Shown here: positions 27,611 to 43,421 of the stretch, in pieces
Position numbering within the stretch: the first letter of the stretch is position 1
Layout: every line of letters begins with the position of its first letter
DNA from: Camelus dromedarius
Taxonomy: Eukaryota
DNA length: 64,000 nucleotides
Assembly (NCBI RefSeq): GCF_036321535.1
Contig: NC_087436.1
Coordinates: 62,684,001 to 62,748,000 of the forward strand
Direction: 5' to 3'
The notes under the pieces: model-generated
Told to the model about the DNA's origin: nothing
What the model saw: only the letters and a program-made list of their open reading frames with translations
Database searches by the model: none
Position numbers and translations under genes: made by a program

Positions 27611-28419
27611 AAATCTAGTTACAGATGAAGAAAGACACATAGCCTACTAACCTAGGCATACACTGCCTGCAGTTTCAAGTACTCCTTTAGCCATCAAAAA
27701 TATTTTTATTTTATCTTACTTTAACAGTAACAAGGCTCTCTTTATTTATTGCAGTTTATTGCAGATATAGCAATCACAAATTTATTAGCAAGAAACAGCT
27801 GGAGGCTTTTGAAGAAGGGTTAACCAAATAATATTTTAGAGGCCAATTTTAATAGATGATACTATAAAGATAGGAAAATACCACCAACTTTGGTTTACAA
27901 TACGATGTGCTAAACAGTATATTATAATTTGCTGTCTAAAAACATAAATTGTTGAATTAAACTCCTTATGGTCTAATTCATTTTGGGGCTCTTAGAAGCT
28001 CTGCGCCTATAGGTAAATGTCTTAAGTCTTCTTTTAGTTCCCAAAGCTAGAAAATGGGTACAATAACAAACAAGTGAAATAAAACTAGCCCTTTGGTTAT
28101 TATAAGGATTAAATATATGTAAATAAATATATATGAAATATTTATAAGATAGGTACAGTAGGGGCCATGCATTAGAGCAGTTACTCTTAAACCTGTATAA
28201 CTTGACTTTGTTTATTTTAGACAGCTCATCTACAGTCTGCACCACATCAAGTGTTTCTCTTTGCTATTCTGTAGCATTCTCTGCCTAAGAAAATATTTGT
28301 ACTTCAGCCAGATCATCATTGTTCAATAAATGAATGGGTAGCTGAGTGAATAAATAATCTAGTATTTGGTTTGTCTTGGAGAGAAAATCCACACATAGAA
28401 ATAAGTAAAATAGAAGATA

Positions 28420-28870
28420 TTATGCAAAAATTCTTGTGTTTCAGCAAAGAAAATTTAAGGATGTTGGGTGAGAGGTTTGGGAAGGGTTGATAGAGAATAC
28501 CCAACACTGAGGATATTTAAGGTGTGGTTTGATAGGTAGGGGTTTCATACATTGAGATGGGATAGAAAAGCAGTTCAGAAAGAGCTAGCCAGGTGAGAAC
28601 ATGCTGAACCGATTGTCAAAAACACAGCAGCGATAAAACACTTTTAAAAAAATTTTTATCTTTAAGCTATAGTTGATACCATCTTTATTTTACAGTGTCC
28701 TCAAAATATTTTGCTGCTCTTTAGTTCTGCTTTGGTTTTCATTGAGAGTACTGAACTTAAAAAAAAAAGATCTGAGGATTAATTTAGTCAGTCAGTGTGG
28801 GAACTCATTCGTGGTGGAGATGGGGGAGACCAGAAGATCAGTGAAAAGGTGATGCCAGTTAGGAGATACA
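28420..28870 (-). mobile_element. LINE-2 fragments
   Basis: Purine-rich antisense L2 pattern (ctgaggatatttaaggtgtggttttgataggtagggg; gggagaccagaagatcagtgaaaaggtg). Confidence 0.4.
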
Positions 28871-28889
28871 ATCATCCAGCAGTAAAGAT

Positions 28890-30140
28890 CCCCACAGTAA
28901 TAGAACAATAGAAAAGAGTTTGGCTACAGGAACCATAAAATGCTATATAATAAATTTAGCAAGGAAGATGACCAAGAAAAATGACCTCTATAAAGAATGC
29001 TATAAAAGTTTAAGTGATGTAAATGAAAATTTGAATAAATGGAGAGGGATCTTTTGGGAGGAAGATTGCATCATGCAAAGATGGCTGACTCCTAGGTTTA
29101 GTGGAGTTTAATCCAAATCCCATAGGATTTTCTCTCTAAGAGTATCCAAAGTTAAGTTCATCTAAAAAAGAAGATAGAACTATTTAAGTTGAACAAATAA
29201 ATTTGTTTTTTGAGCATTTCTATCATATATAAATATTTATATTCAACAAAAATTAAAATATGGTATTAAGACAAATAAACAGATAACCAAGGAAATGAAT
29301 ACTATTATTTCTATGAATTTAGGAAAGCATAAACAAACTCTAATAATATCAGGACACTAAGGGACTAAGTGTAACAACTTCAAAAAATGATTAAGTAGAC
29401 ACCTTCTCACACTATATATATATATATATTCTTTAGAGAATGGACCATGAAAAAATTAGAAAATAAATTGCCTAATTGTATGTATAGAGGTAATAGTCTA
29501 AGATAAAAAATATAATTGCACAGAAACTATTCATAATTCTAATTACATGATTCTACTTAGTATATCAAAAGTATACAGGTGACTGAGAAAATATAAATTC
29601 ATGAAAGTAAAACAACAAATGAGATATATCATTCTATTGCCTACTAGATTAACCACAGTGAAAACTTGGAATAACCAGTGTTGAAAATTTATCGAAACTT
29701 ACTTTCACACATGTTGGTGCTGTAAGGTGAAAATATATCATAACCCTTTAACCTACCCTTCTCACTTTGGGGAACCTATTAAATTAGCAGAACTTATTAA
29801 AGATGTACTACTTAAATGTAATACAAACAGTATTTTGATGATAATCATTCTAATATATATAACATCCTCAAATCATAAAGAATATTTATAGTCTCACCAT
29901 AAAAAATAAGATTTGGTCCTTTGATGAAAATGTGTAGTCTGTCAAAAATGAGTTACAAAACCAGTGAGGAAATAGCAATGTCCGTGAAAGTAACTTTGTG
30001 TTTATGTATGCATGTGGGAGGGACGGTACTTACAGATAATCTCCGAAAATGTGATAACATTATTTTATTTCTTTCAACTGTAGTGTCTTTGCCTATTCAA
30101 AGACTTAGCAAGATTTCTGTGACCACAAAAGAAAAAAAAA
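28890..30140 (+). mobile_element. Highly degenerate L1ME ORF2/3'UTR
   Basis: ORF 28920-29111 (INLARKM..DLYKECYKSLSDVNENLNKWRGI) resembles L1 ORF2 DLYEENYKTL..DLNKWRDI. Later tgagatatatcattc...ctactagatt...ataaccagtgttg. Confidence 0.65.
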
Positions 30141-33100
30141 AAGTTTGACAGTGGAGTACCATCATACGTGTAAAAGCACATATAAAGCACACGGCAAGGA
30201 GCCTACACCTGATTTACTTTTCTTTACCTGCCCTTTTCCTTAGCAATCTTAGACCCTATACTTTTACACAACGCTTTGGATTCAAATAGGAGTGATACTT
30301 TAAACATTTTTCTAATTTGAATAAAGCACATAGTGGTAAATTTACATATGTATACGTCACTTGAATCAACCAAGAAAGTACAGCTCCTTAACTTTTAGAT
30401 AACTGATCACAGCTTTCTCATCTGTAGTGTAACAAAAAATTAAACTTGCCAGTAAACAGTCTATCAGTCTTTCCGGGTTGAGCTGCCCCTGTTGCATTTT
30501 AAAAAGTGTTTTCAGTAGGGAGACAAAATAGTGTCTCACTGTAATAAACTAGCATTGAACCAGGAAGATAATTATCTAATATGCTGTGCACATACAGTAC
30601 TTACTGTATTTATTTTTAAAATAGTAAGAGGTGATCAAATGTGCCTCAGTTCAGGGAAAGAAGTTACAAGACCATCATATATCTTTTTTCTGGATTTCTT
30701 GCTCATTAAGCAACCTTCTGACAAAATTTTGATTTTCCAAGTACGTAAATACTGAGAAAGGATTAAGATACAGGATGTAAGTGTGTATTTAAAATATTGA
30801 AAATTAATGAAATCATTTCATAAATGTGTTCACTTCCATTTTAAGTTTTTAATCAGAATCATGTAATTCTGAGTAACATGAATCAATTCTTAAAGCCTGA
30901 TAGAGTTGAGTGTTCAAGACTGAAAATTTGAGAACTGCAGCCTGGTCTCAATGGCAGTACCATGTGAGTAAGTGAGGGGGTTGCAGGGAAAGACACTTCA
31001 GCCCTCCACCAAACACCAATTATTAGTATAGGCAAAATGATGTTTTCTGACATTTGGGGGGGAAAAAACTATGTAAAGGAGCTTGAAGTTACCTGCCTCC
31101 ACTTTCCAGTATCTACAAATCTACATTTGAGGAAAACCCTGAATTTTGCAGACCAGTCAGTATTCCATCTCTCTCACCTTCTAGGCTGAGAGAAGACATA
31201 TTTTTGACATGTACAAATTTTGCCTAATTCCTGGGAACTGATGGAAAAAGCTAGTTTCTCCACAAACTCTTCCTCAGACTTTGTCTTTAGAACCAAAAAA
31301 CTCAGATGAAAACAAAGTTATTATGACTGCTCTGGAGAGACTTGTTTCATTACAGAGAGTAATTAACAATTAAAATTCTATCTATTTAATGCATGTACTG
31401 ATGGCTGCTCTACTTAAACTATGTTCCAACAATATAAACCAGAAATGGATATAGACAGGCCCACCATCAGTCCCAGGTCTTGGTGTCCACACTGAATTAT
31501 AGTAAATCAAATGCAAAGATTTGCTTTGTGTGTATCACTTCCTTCCCTGTTAAAATGTTATTACTGTGTAGCAGGATAGTTATTTCCACTATGCTGACCA
31601 ACTCTTCTTTCCCTCAACCATTACTATTTGTGGTTAATTTATATAAAGGTCTATTCATATTAGATCCCACAGATTATACAAAGTTATATGTATTTCAAAT
31701 ATATAAAGAGAAATAACCTAAGATTAAGTGTTTCAGAAGCTGAAGCAGTTATTACAGTAGATTTCAGGTAAAAGAAAAATAGCTTCAGAAATTCTATTTG
31801 GGGAAAATAAAAGAGGAAACTATCTTAAGTTCGTGAAAATAAACTAAACTGAATGTTCTCAATAACTGACCAAAATTTTGAGAGATTAGTTCACTGGGTT
31901 TATAAAAATACCTGCACTTCTTTTCAATTAAGTAAACATTGCTTTATTTAAATGGCACAGTATTATTTTTACATAATTTTGAAGTTACTTATATTTTTAA
32001 AAGCATTACTGAAAAGAACTGCAGTATCCAAGATTCTAAAATATTTTAATAAAAATAATAAAATCTAACTGTAGCTTATTTTTCATATCATATTTTGGAT
32101 TTACATTCATAAAACATCTCAAAGAATCTTCAGTTTGCTTCTCAGAATCTTATCTATGCGCATTTGAATCTGTCTTACAAGTGGAGTAGTTCAAGGTCAC
32201 CAAGTTACTATACTCATAAACTGAAGGAGCATGAAGGTGCATTTCAGAATATTTAAGTCAATTTCAGTAAATGAATGAATGAATAAAGGAACTGACGTAT
32301 CAATCATAAAGGTAAAGAGAAAGGAAATGCAATAACCTAATTAATACTCCAATCCAAATATTCATTAGAAATGAAATCAAATAATTACGGGCTTTGGGTT
32401 GAATCCAGACACTTTTTAAAATCTGACAATTTTATTAGCACATGAAAGCAGTCATTATTTACTGTAAACAAATTTATACATGTCTGTAGTAAGCATTTTA
32501 ATTCCAAAGAAGATATTGTATCTATGCAATTTTGTTGGACAACCTTCAGGTCTGCATTAGCTAATTATTTCATAGTGTAGGCTGTCCCTTTCTGGACAAA
32601 TCTTCAAGATGTGCAATATTATATATCAACCTATAAGTAACATAAAAATTTTTAGAAATGAGGGAGATAGACTGTATGGCGACATAGAAATTGAAATCAC
32701 CTTGTCCATCCTGAGAGAGCATGGGCATCTGATTTTCTATTAGCTAATTAAATGTATTTTCATAATAAATGAGGAAAGAATGAAAACAAAAGAAAGATTA
32801 TGTTTGCAAAGCTGAAATATTACTGTATTATATTTAAACTTGAAATCCAAATTAAGACTTTTTAAAATTTTGCCTCTTTCCCCCAATATTTATTTGGTAA
32901 TTTCATGAGACACAAGCACACTTCCATAATTTTGTAAGTGTCATAACGTATGTGCATATGTATACACGCACATATATGTGTATATATAAATACATACATA
33001 TTTTTTAGAAAGATAGTTATTTTGTTTTTTCCTTTTTGTTTGAATTCATTCTACCTCCTTTCTCCTTCCAACACAACCAAACACTGCTCTCCACCCTTGG

Positions 33101-35333
33101 TCATCAATGTTAACAACTTTTTATAAATATTTTTGTATATTTTTTCATGCTTGTGTATTTTTATTAAAATAACTTAGAGACATACACACACATGAACTTA
33201 AATGCTTTTTGTTTTCTGTATCTTGTTTTCTCCCCACTCAACAATATCTCTGAAAATCATGCAAAACAGCAGGTACAATGATAGTATACTTATTTTTGTG
33301 CCTAAAATACTTTTTGGTATGGACAGGCATGATATGATATGGTCCACCATTTTCCTTTGCTGGCATTCACTCAAATTACAGGTTTTTAACACCATAAAAA
33401 CACAAAAATATCCTTGTATACATGCCTTTTATTTTTTTTTCCTAATACTTAGAGGATAGATTTTCAAGGAGTGCAATTACTGGGTTTATAGAGTACAAGT
33501 ACCCGTATATTTAGAGAAGTTACCAGTCTGCTTTCACCAGCAGTGTATGACAAGCTTTTGTTCACTCTTCAAGCCAGTAGTAGGTACTAGAGTTTGTTTT
33601 GGCCTTACAGTCTATCATGATGAATTGTTTGTACAATGCATTTCACCAGCTACTGGCAATGTGGGCAGTTTTAAATATGATTTGTTACCTTGATTTGATC
33701 TTAAAAAAAAAATAATACTGATACTTGTATTAGATATTTTCTTATGATTTTGTTAAAAACTCACTCCATGTAATAAATACTTTAAAGTTTTGTGCATTGC
33801 TTTTTTAATCAAAATCTACTGACTGTTTTTTGATGGTATTTATGATGCCTTATACTTCAGAATAAGTTCAGTGATCATTTAAGGCTAACATATAGCATTT
33901 AATGCTAAAGTATAAAACACCAGATATATAAAATATAAGGCACCATATATATATATATATATATGGCATCTATGTTACTAGTTTTGGTTAAAATTGTCTC
34001 CCCTGCGCCTTCTTTTTCTTGCAGTATATTTACCCTGCATATTCACATACATATTTTAGACCATCAGGAATGTATTTTTGCATATGATAAAAGACAGAAG
34101 TTGTATTTTATTTTCTTCCAGATACATAGCTATTTGTGCAGTCACTATTTACTAAATAGGTTACTTAGTAAATACAGGTTATCTTTTCTCAATTTAGGTT
34201 TACCATTTAAAAAAATTAATCTATCATTTATACTGAGATCTATTTCTAAATTATTTCCACCATTGATCTATTTATCAATTTCTACAACAATACTATAATT
34301 TATAATGGCTTTGTAACATGTTTGTTTTATGGCATGTCTTTCACTATTTTTTAAACTTGTTTTGACAATTCTGAAGCTAAATATAGAAGATGACAGGGAT
34401 AAAATCAGAGTCAAATTTTTTCCTCATATAAGATTTGAGATTATGTGATTTAAATTAAAAATTTCCATATGAATTCAAATTATGAATTCATATTGCATCA
34501 ATTTTGAAAATTGATTTTTATATTATATATTCCTATTACAATGGAAGCATATCTATTATATCATCTCATGTTATTTAGTAAGATTTTACAAGTGTTTTTA
34601 TCCAGTTTCATATTTCATTTGTCGGAATTAATTATTTTCCAGTTTTCCCTATGGAGCACGTAATTTAGCTTATCTAATTTCAGTAAATGGCACTTTTTGC
34701 TGGATTAGGAAGAAAAGCTTTTGTTATTTCTCCATTTATTTACAAATGCAGTATACCTTCTATCTAAAGAAATGTCTGCTTGTTTATATAATAATAGTCT
34801 TGTTAGTATCACTTTTTCTTCAAGTTGTTAATTTAATAAATTATGCTGACAATTTTTTAAAAATTTATTTTTCATAATTTGAATGAAGTTGGCTTTATCA
34901 AATATCTTAGTTCCTTTGATTTTGCTGGATCATCTTAGTATTTTATGTGGAAACATTGTTTAGTTAGGAAAATGCCATTGTATGAAAATTGTGTTTGTTT
35001 ACTAGAATGATTTGGATAATTTTGTTATGTCTTTGGTCTTAGGTACTTAAATTTGAAATTATCTGCTCTTTAAAAATACTCTGAAACTCAGATATAATAT
35101 TCTAGTTTGGGTCCTCTTTAAAAATCCTCAAATCTCTTACAGTAATTGGGATAGCTGCAATTTCTACAAGTTCTTTGGTCAATTTTAGGTACTTAAAATT
35201 TTACTAAGAAATGATTTTTTTTTTTTAGGTTTTCAATAATTTGCCACTGTTACACATAGTAATCTATTCATGTTAAAAATTTTAACTATTTCTAATTGTT
35301 TTCTTTTTTTAACTCTTGTAAATTCTGTCTCAT

Positions 35334-35767
35334 TCTTTTTAAATTGAAGTATAGTTGATTTACAATGTTGTGTTAATTTCTGGTGATTTATTTATAAATA
35401 TATATATTCCTTTCCTTATTCCTTTTTTATTATAAGCCATTACAAGGTATTGAATATAGTTCCCTGTACTATATGGTAGGACCTTGTTTATTTTACATGT
35501 AGCAGTTAGTATCTGCAAATCTGGAACTCCCAATTTATCCCTCCCCATCCACTTTCTCCTGATAACCGTAAGTTTGATTTCTATGTCTGTGAGTCTTTCT
35601 CTGTTTTATAAATAAGTTTTTTTGTGTGTGGCCTTTTTTTTTTTTTCCAGTTTACACATATAAGTGATATCATATGTCATTTTTCTTTCTCTTTCTCTTT
35701 CTGGCTTACTTCACTTAGTATGATGATCTCCAGGTCCATCGATGTTACTGCAAATAGCATTATTTTT
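35334..35767 (-). mobile_element. 5'-truncated artiodactyl/camelid-type L1 3'UTR
   Basis: aattgaagtatagttgatttacaatgttgtgttaatttctggtg...ttgaatatagttccctgtactata...tctggcttacttcacttagtatgatgatctccaggtccatc. Same 3'UTR type as 40700-41080 in the opposite orientation. Confidence 0.9.
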
Positions 35768-35812
35768 ACTCTATATAGATGTGTCATTTCTTACTCCAAA
35801 CATCCAGAATTA

Positions 35813-36038
35813 GAGTTGACCCTCTATATTCTCCAGGGGGATCCATCCTAGAACCTGTACAAATACCAAATTCCCTGGATTATCAAGTCCCATAGTCAGT
35901 GCACTATCCATGGGTTCTGCACCCCTGGATTCCACCAGGGATCCAACCAGCCATGGATCCAACCAGCCGTGGATGTAGCATGACCCACCATTGGTTGAAT
36001 CTGTGGTTGCAGAACTTGTGGATAGGGAGCACCAATCG
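35813..36038 (+). mobile_element. MER2/MER2B-type TcMar-Tigger MITE
   Basis: Flanked by TA (35811-12, 36039-40). gggggat...aataccaaattccctggat..tcaagtccc start and ttggttgaatctgtggttgcagaacttgtggatagggag end match MER2. Confidence 0.8.
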
Positions 36039-38774
36039 TATTAATTTCACAATTTGTACCGCTACCTAGGTCACATTTCTATTTGGAATCCAAGAAGGTG
36101 GGTTGTAAAATATTTACTTTTTAGAATATTTAGTGACTTTTCTTTTTGCCTTCCAGTACACACTTGAGTTCATGATTTTTTTTTGCCATATATATCCAAA
36201 TAAATGTGACAGAAAATGACAAGAGTATTGGAGAATTAAATTATACCTGTCTTTTTGTTGTTGTTAATTTGGTTCACTTCTGAATGTGAGATATTTTAAC
36301 TCTTTTATAAGTACATGTTTGCAAGTTATGATTGTATTTCTACTAATTTTATCTTGTATATTTTGATTATATTTTTTGCAAAATGAATGGCTTATTATTT
36401 TATGTTTCTTACTATATAGCTTCATGATTAACATTAAATTACAACTTAACTGCCATAAACATTGTAATTTTTACTTCTCTTTCTTGATCAATCTTTAATT
36501 TTCTCCTTTATTTTCAGAAGCAAATTGAATCTAGCTGTTTCTATTGTTTGTTTTTCTTTTAATAAGCTATTACTGTTCTTGTTTCACTTGTCAGATTTTA
36601 CTATTGCTTTAAGAACTCAGGTGACAGTCTCATTTTTCTTTTCCTTAGACTTCAGTAATTCTAAAATAATATGTCCAAGCATTTTCTGTCTTCCAACTCA
36701 GTAAACCTTTTCATAGAATCAATTATCTTCCAGTTCATACAAAATGTCTTCTTTATGGCATAGTTCACAATGTTTCTCTCTCATCTGGAACGTCTGTATT
36801 TACAGGTAGAGCCAATTGGATCTATGTTCCAAGTGTCTTCTTTTTTTTTTTTTTTTTTTTTGCTTTAGCATTTTCATCTTTTTCTATTGTTGTTTGTGTT
36901 ATGAAGAGAATTCTTGTGTTTTGTCATCCAGTTCACTTAAAGAGGATGCAAAATAAATGGAAAAATACCCTTGGATGTTTATGAATTTTAGGTCCAGAAA
37001 ATCTATAAACTGCAGTTAATGTCAATATACACTTTCAAGGACTGAAAAGATAAGAAAACTCTAAAGCACATATTCTTAGAAAAAGGATTAGGAAAGATGG
37101 TTGTGCTTTAATTCTTTCAGGTGAGTTCTGCCAAATAAAAGAAGAGAAAAGTAAAACCAATATAAGAAGGGAATGTGAAAAATATCAAACAATCTAATAT
37201 TCCTATCAGAATTTATTCTTTAACATTTAAGACCAAAATTCACTTTTTTCTTCCACTTTGGTTTACTCATCTCCTAAATGTAGATTATTAATTTAATATA
37301 AAAAGTATCAAGGCTATGTTATATAATTAAAGAAAAGGCAAATTTCACAACACTTTAAGTATGTGAATGGAATCCAAAGATTCATGATATAAAGCACAAG
37401 ATGTTCATTTTAAGCTTGATTTTTATGTTAGTAAAATAATTTGTAAATCTAATTAGAAATTTATATTTTAATATATAGAGAAGTCTGGAAACTTGTATAC
37501 TTGAAAACTTAAGTTCTAGGTGGTTCAGTCCACATTTATCTTTTAAAGAGTCAACCAAAACTTTCAATTAATTTAAGATTAAAATGATTATGTTTAACAA
37601 TAATTTAAGACTAATAGTTTAGTTAAATTACTAACTCATTTCAATGGAAAGTTTAAAATATATTTTATTTTTTAAAAATATCAATTTTCTATGAGTATGT
37701 TAACAATGTGAAATTTTATTCTACAGTAATCATATTTTGTCAGTTTCACTGAATTCTTTTTTACTCATTCAGAAATATTTGACAGCTTATGACAAAACCA
37801 ATGTGGAGTTATTTAAATTATCTACCTGACACTGTTGTTTAAGTATGAGTCATTTTTTTTAAACCATGTGATTCTCATTCAGTTTTTAATTATATATTAT
37901 TCTCAAATCTCCAGGGAATTTTGTAGATTGATTTTTTGTCAGTACAAAAATTTATCTGAAATTTGATTTTTTTTCTAGTAAGATTTTGTTAGAAAGAGGA
38001 GAGAGAAAATGCATAGAATTATATTCACATGAATCATTAATATATTCTTTAGATTTTCCTCAAATTTTTAATACGTAGTTTTGAAAAAAATACATTTACA
38101 CATATCTTGATATGCTGATAATTGTGAAAGAAATAACATTAAATCCTTTTTTAAACTTTAGATGAATTGTTTATTTTCTTTACTTGAAATGTGAATCATT
38201 TATATGGAAGCAAAGTTCTTATTAGTGATATAAAACTGAACACAGATGATTGTAAGTAGGATATATATAAAGAAAACAATCCTACTAATGAAGTAATCAT
38301 CTACAACACAATAGTGTAAATACATAAAAGATGCTACTTCTATTTACTGATTCTGTTTATTCTTTTAGTGTATATATTACACATTTAAAAGGAAACCATA
38401 TGCTTTTAAACACTTAAGCCTTTTTTGAAATACGTATTTATTATAAATATTATGTTTTCTTTCTAAGTTATCCAGTGATTGTTTTAAATCTGTATCTTTC
38501 AGGAATCTCAGTTGGCTATGATACCATACTAGTGGTGAAAATGTTCCAGAAGGATTGTGAATACACTCTGTTAAGCTTGTTTACGAGATCTCGAAATGCT
38601 GATTTTAACCTTGGAATGAAGGGCATTTTTGGTTGAACAACTGGTACAAGTGGAAAAATTTAACTGCTGTTTGCTAAATTCAGGGCTTAGTTCTGTGGTG
38701 ACTATTGTATATTCTCAACAAATACGTGTTTAATAAAACATTCAGGACATTAAAACATTAGCAAATTTTGAGGC

Positions 38775-38930
38775 TGACAGACCTATTTTCAAATCCTAGT
38801 TTTATAATTTTCCAAGTATGTACTTTAATGAGTTATTCAGTCTCAATACCTGTTACTCATTTTATGCAGTGGGCATTAGAAACAATGCAGAGCTTACAAG
38901 ACTGTTTTAAGAAGTAGATGACTGTGTATA
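38775..38930 (+). mobile_element. MIR SINE
   Basis: acagaccta...ttcaaatcctagttt...gagttattcagtctc...cctgttactcattt...cttacaagactgttttaagaagtagatga. Confidence 0.55.
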
Positions 38931-39453
38931 GAAATAGATGAACAACATACTGTTCCTTGTATTATGACTGTTTATGTATTTGAAACTGAGATCAGATTTT
39001 AAGCTAGTGGTAGTGACTTCTCAGAATAGCTATGCAGATATTCCTCTATTTTAACTTGGAAAATATAGAGCATAACATAATTATGAAATAATAATAAAAA
39101 AAATAGGAAAAAGAATACTTCCTCTCCAGCTTCCTCATCATTAGTGAACATTTACTCCTTTTCCCCCTATGTATACCACTCATCAGTTTGAAATAGAAGC
39201 AAGTCCTTTTCCTCTCAAGGTTTCCTTTCCTCTCATGACCAGGAACTGTGATTTCCTCTGGGTAACTAGAGGAAATCACAGGTGTTCTTTAGTTAGCACT
39301 GCTTTTTTTTTTTTTTTTTAACATTAGGATGTATATTTTACAAAGTCACTACAAGTTTCCTTTAAATGTGTTTTATGATATACCTGTTTACAGTCTCAGC
39401 AAGATTATTCTAAAATAATTTTACCTTAGGTAAGTAAACTTTTCTATTCTTTT

Positions 39454-41100
<1,647 letters not shown>

Positions 41101-41499
41101 AACAGTTAAACATGCTTGTTAAAGCAAGTAAAAATTTTTAAAAACAAAGGCAAAGCTATAATTTTCTTCATCACTACCTGCCTCCCACAATATGAGGTCG
41201 TCAGTTTGGCTAGCTTTCTTTGTATCCTACAATATAGTACTATATCCTTCTGTGTACTGATACATATTTATACAGAAATTCATACAACATAGAAACACAC
41301 CCACTTATTTGCTTACTTTGATCAAACTGCATGCATATTTTAAGCCACATTTCTGAAAATTGCTTATACATTATATATTACCATTTATGTATGTAATGAA
41401 GCTATTTTCAGTTTGTTGTGCCTATTAATATTTCAATTTTTGATATATAATTAATAATTTTATGAATTTTTCCTGGACATTTAAGTGTTACGATTTAAT

Positions 41500-42110
41500 A
41501 AAACATTGTCCAGAGGCTTATTGTAACAATCAAAAAAAAAAAAATCTACTGGCATTTTGTATATTTGTCTTTTGTTCAGCCATCTTACCAGATTATCTTA
41601 ATAACTGCCATTTTTTACCTAGAATTTCTTCAATTTTTCAAAAGTCAAGTGTCATGAAACAACATTTTTTCTACTTGTTTCTTGGAGACATTTAAAAGAA
41701 ATAACAATGGTAATAAGACATTTATGTGTATTTTTGACCTTAAATGAAATTTTAACTTTCCCTATATTAGAATAAATTTCCTGCTGCATTTCCATCAATG
41801 CTTTATCATGTTTATGAAATTTCCATTTATATATTTTTACATGTTTACAATTAGGAATTAATGATTTTCTGCAAATAATTTTCATACTTTCCAATATGAT
41901 TAAAAGATTTCTCCATTAATTTCTTTACACAACAAAAATACTGTTTCAAGAATGCAAAAATTCTACAGAACCAAGAAAGATTAATAAAGGTAGCCTCTCC
42001 AGGGAAAATTTCTCTTAGCTCTATGTGTATATCCTTGTCTAAATTTAATTTTTTATTTATTACTTTCCTCTTTAAGCCAGAGAATAATGTCATTGGTATT
42101 TTTATCAAAT
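41500..42110 (-). mobile_element. Old L1 (L1ME-like) ORF2 remnant
   Basis: ctactggcattttgtatatt...ttcagccatcttaccagatt; ORF 41851-42108 begins IKIPMTLFSGL (cf. ORF2 IKIPMTFFTEL). Confidence 0.5.
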
Positions 42111-42146
42111 ACTCTACCTAAAAATAAAATGTCTTTCTGGAAAACA

Positions 42147-42360
42147 AAACTGATCCTTGAACAACACGGGGTTTAGGGGTGCTGATCCCCATATAGTTGA
42201 AAATCCATGTATAACTTTACAGTCTGCCCTCAGTATCCATGGTTCCACATCCATAGATTTAACCAACTGTGGATCATGTAGTACAGCAGTACATATTTAC
42301 TGAAAAAATGTGTATAAATGGACCCATGCAGTTCAAAGCCATGTTGCTCAAGGTCAAACG
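42147..42360 (-). mobile_element. Tigger2-type MITE (third copy, close to the general consensus)
   Basis: tgatccttgaacaacacggggtttaggggtgctga...aaaatccatgtataactttacagtctgccctcagtatccatggttccacatcc...catgttgctcaaggtcaa; TIR-like ends. Confidence 0.85.
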
Positions 42361-42612
42361 TTAACATATTTGACTTAAAACATTTTGTTGAATTTCTAAT
42401 TGTATTTGTTTTTACAATTCCTTTGGCATTTAAATCATTTAAAAATATATTCTTATAATGTGAGTAACTTTTTTCTTTTTACAATGACTTAGTTTATTTG
42501 ATTTGGGGATGGTGATAATGAAATTACTTGACAGCACACTGTGGTTTTGGAATGAGCGTTGTGTTTTTAAACTATTGATTAAATTGCTAAAACAAATGAA
42601 AAAAGCTGGAAT

Positions 42613-43107
42613 ATGAGGCATCACCTCACACCAGTCAGAATGGCCGTCATTCAAAAATCCACAAATGACAAATGCTGGAGAGGCTATGGAGAAAGGGGAA
42701 CCCTCCTGCACTGCTGGTGGGAATGCAATTTGGTGCAGCCACTATGGAAAACAGTGTGGAGATTCCTCAAAAGACTAGGAATAGACTTACCATATGACCC
42801 AGGAATCCCACTCCTGGGCTTGTATCCAGAAGGGACCCTACTTCAGGATGACACCTGCACCCCAATGTTCATAGCAGCACTATTTACAATAGCCAAAACA
42901 TGGAAACGGCCTAAATGTCCATCAACAGGTGACTGGATAAAGAAGATGTGGTATATTTATACAATGGAATACTACTCAGCCATAAAAACCAACAACATAA
43001 CGCCATTTGCAGCAACATGGATGCTCCTGGAGAATGTTACTCTAAGCGAAGTAAGCCAGAAAGAGAAAGAAAAATACCATATGAGATCGCTCGTATGTGG
43101 AATCTAA
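42613..43107 (+). pseudogene. L1 ORF2p C-terminal fragment (164 aa, cysteine-rich CCHC region with second Cys changed to Tyr); not a functional gene
   Basis: [95 protein letters not shown] is the canonical ORF2 C-terminus. Confidence 0.93.
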
Positions 43108-43421
43108 AAAACAAACAAACATACAAAAACAAAATGTAAATACAGGACAGAAATAGACTCATAGACAGAGAATACAGACTTGTGGTTGCCAGGGGGGCGG
43201 AGGGTGGGAAGGGATAGACTGGAATTTCAAAATTGTAGAATAGATAAACAAGATTGTACTGTATAGCACAGGGAAATATACACAAAACGTTATGGTAGCT
43301 CACAGAGAAAAAAATGTGACAATGAGTGTGTATGTGTCCATGTATGACTGAAAAATTGTGCTGAACACTGGAATTTGACACAACTGTGTAAAATGATTAT
43401 AAATAAAAAATGTTAAAAAAA
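42614..43421 (+). mobile_element. Young 5'-truncated camelid L1 insertion with poly(A) tail and perfect 15-bp TSD
   Basis: TSD aaaaaagctggaata at 42599-42613 and 43422-43436. Uninterrupted ORF2 C-terminal frame, several retained CpGs, aataaa at ~43402 followed by poly(A). Confidence 0.97.

Larger units (their letters stand above)
33050..36930 (-). mobile_element. Highly degenerate L1ME, interrupted by a younger L1 and a MER2-type element
   Basis: caaggagtgcaattactgggtt; caccagcagtgtatga; ccatcaggaatgtatttttgcatatgataaaagacag...tatttgtgcagtcactatttactaaatag; ORF1-like antisense near 36650-36840. Confidence 0.6.

Noticed and set aside
38503..38737. Plus-strand terminal-exon-like segment (tctttcAG acceptor, 43-codon open frame, AATAAA at 38732, palindrome cgagatctcg)
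   Set aside because: The peptide is unrecognisable and no upstream partner exon is supported. Signals of this strength arise by chance.
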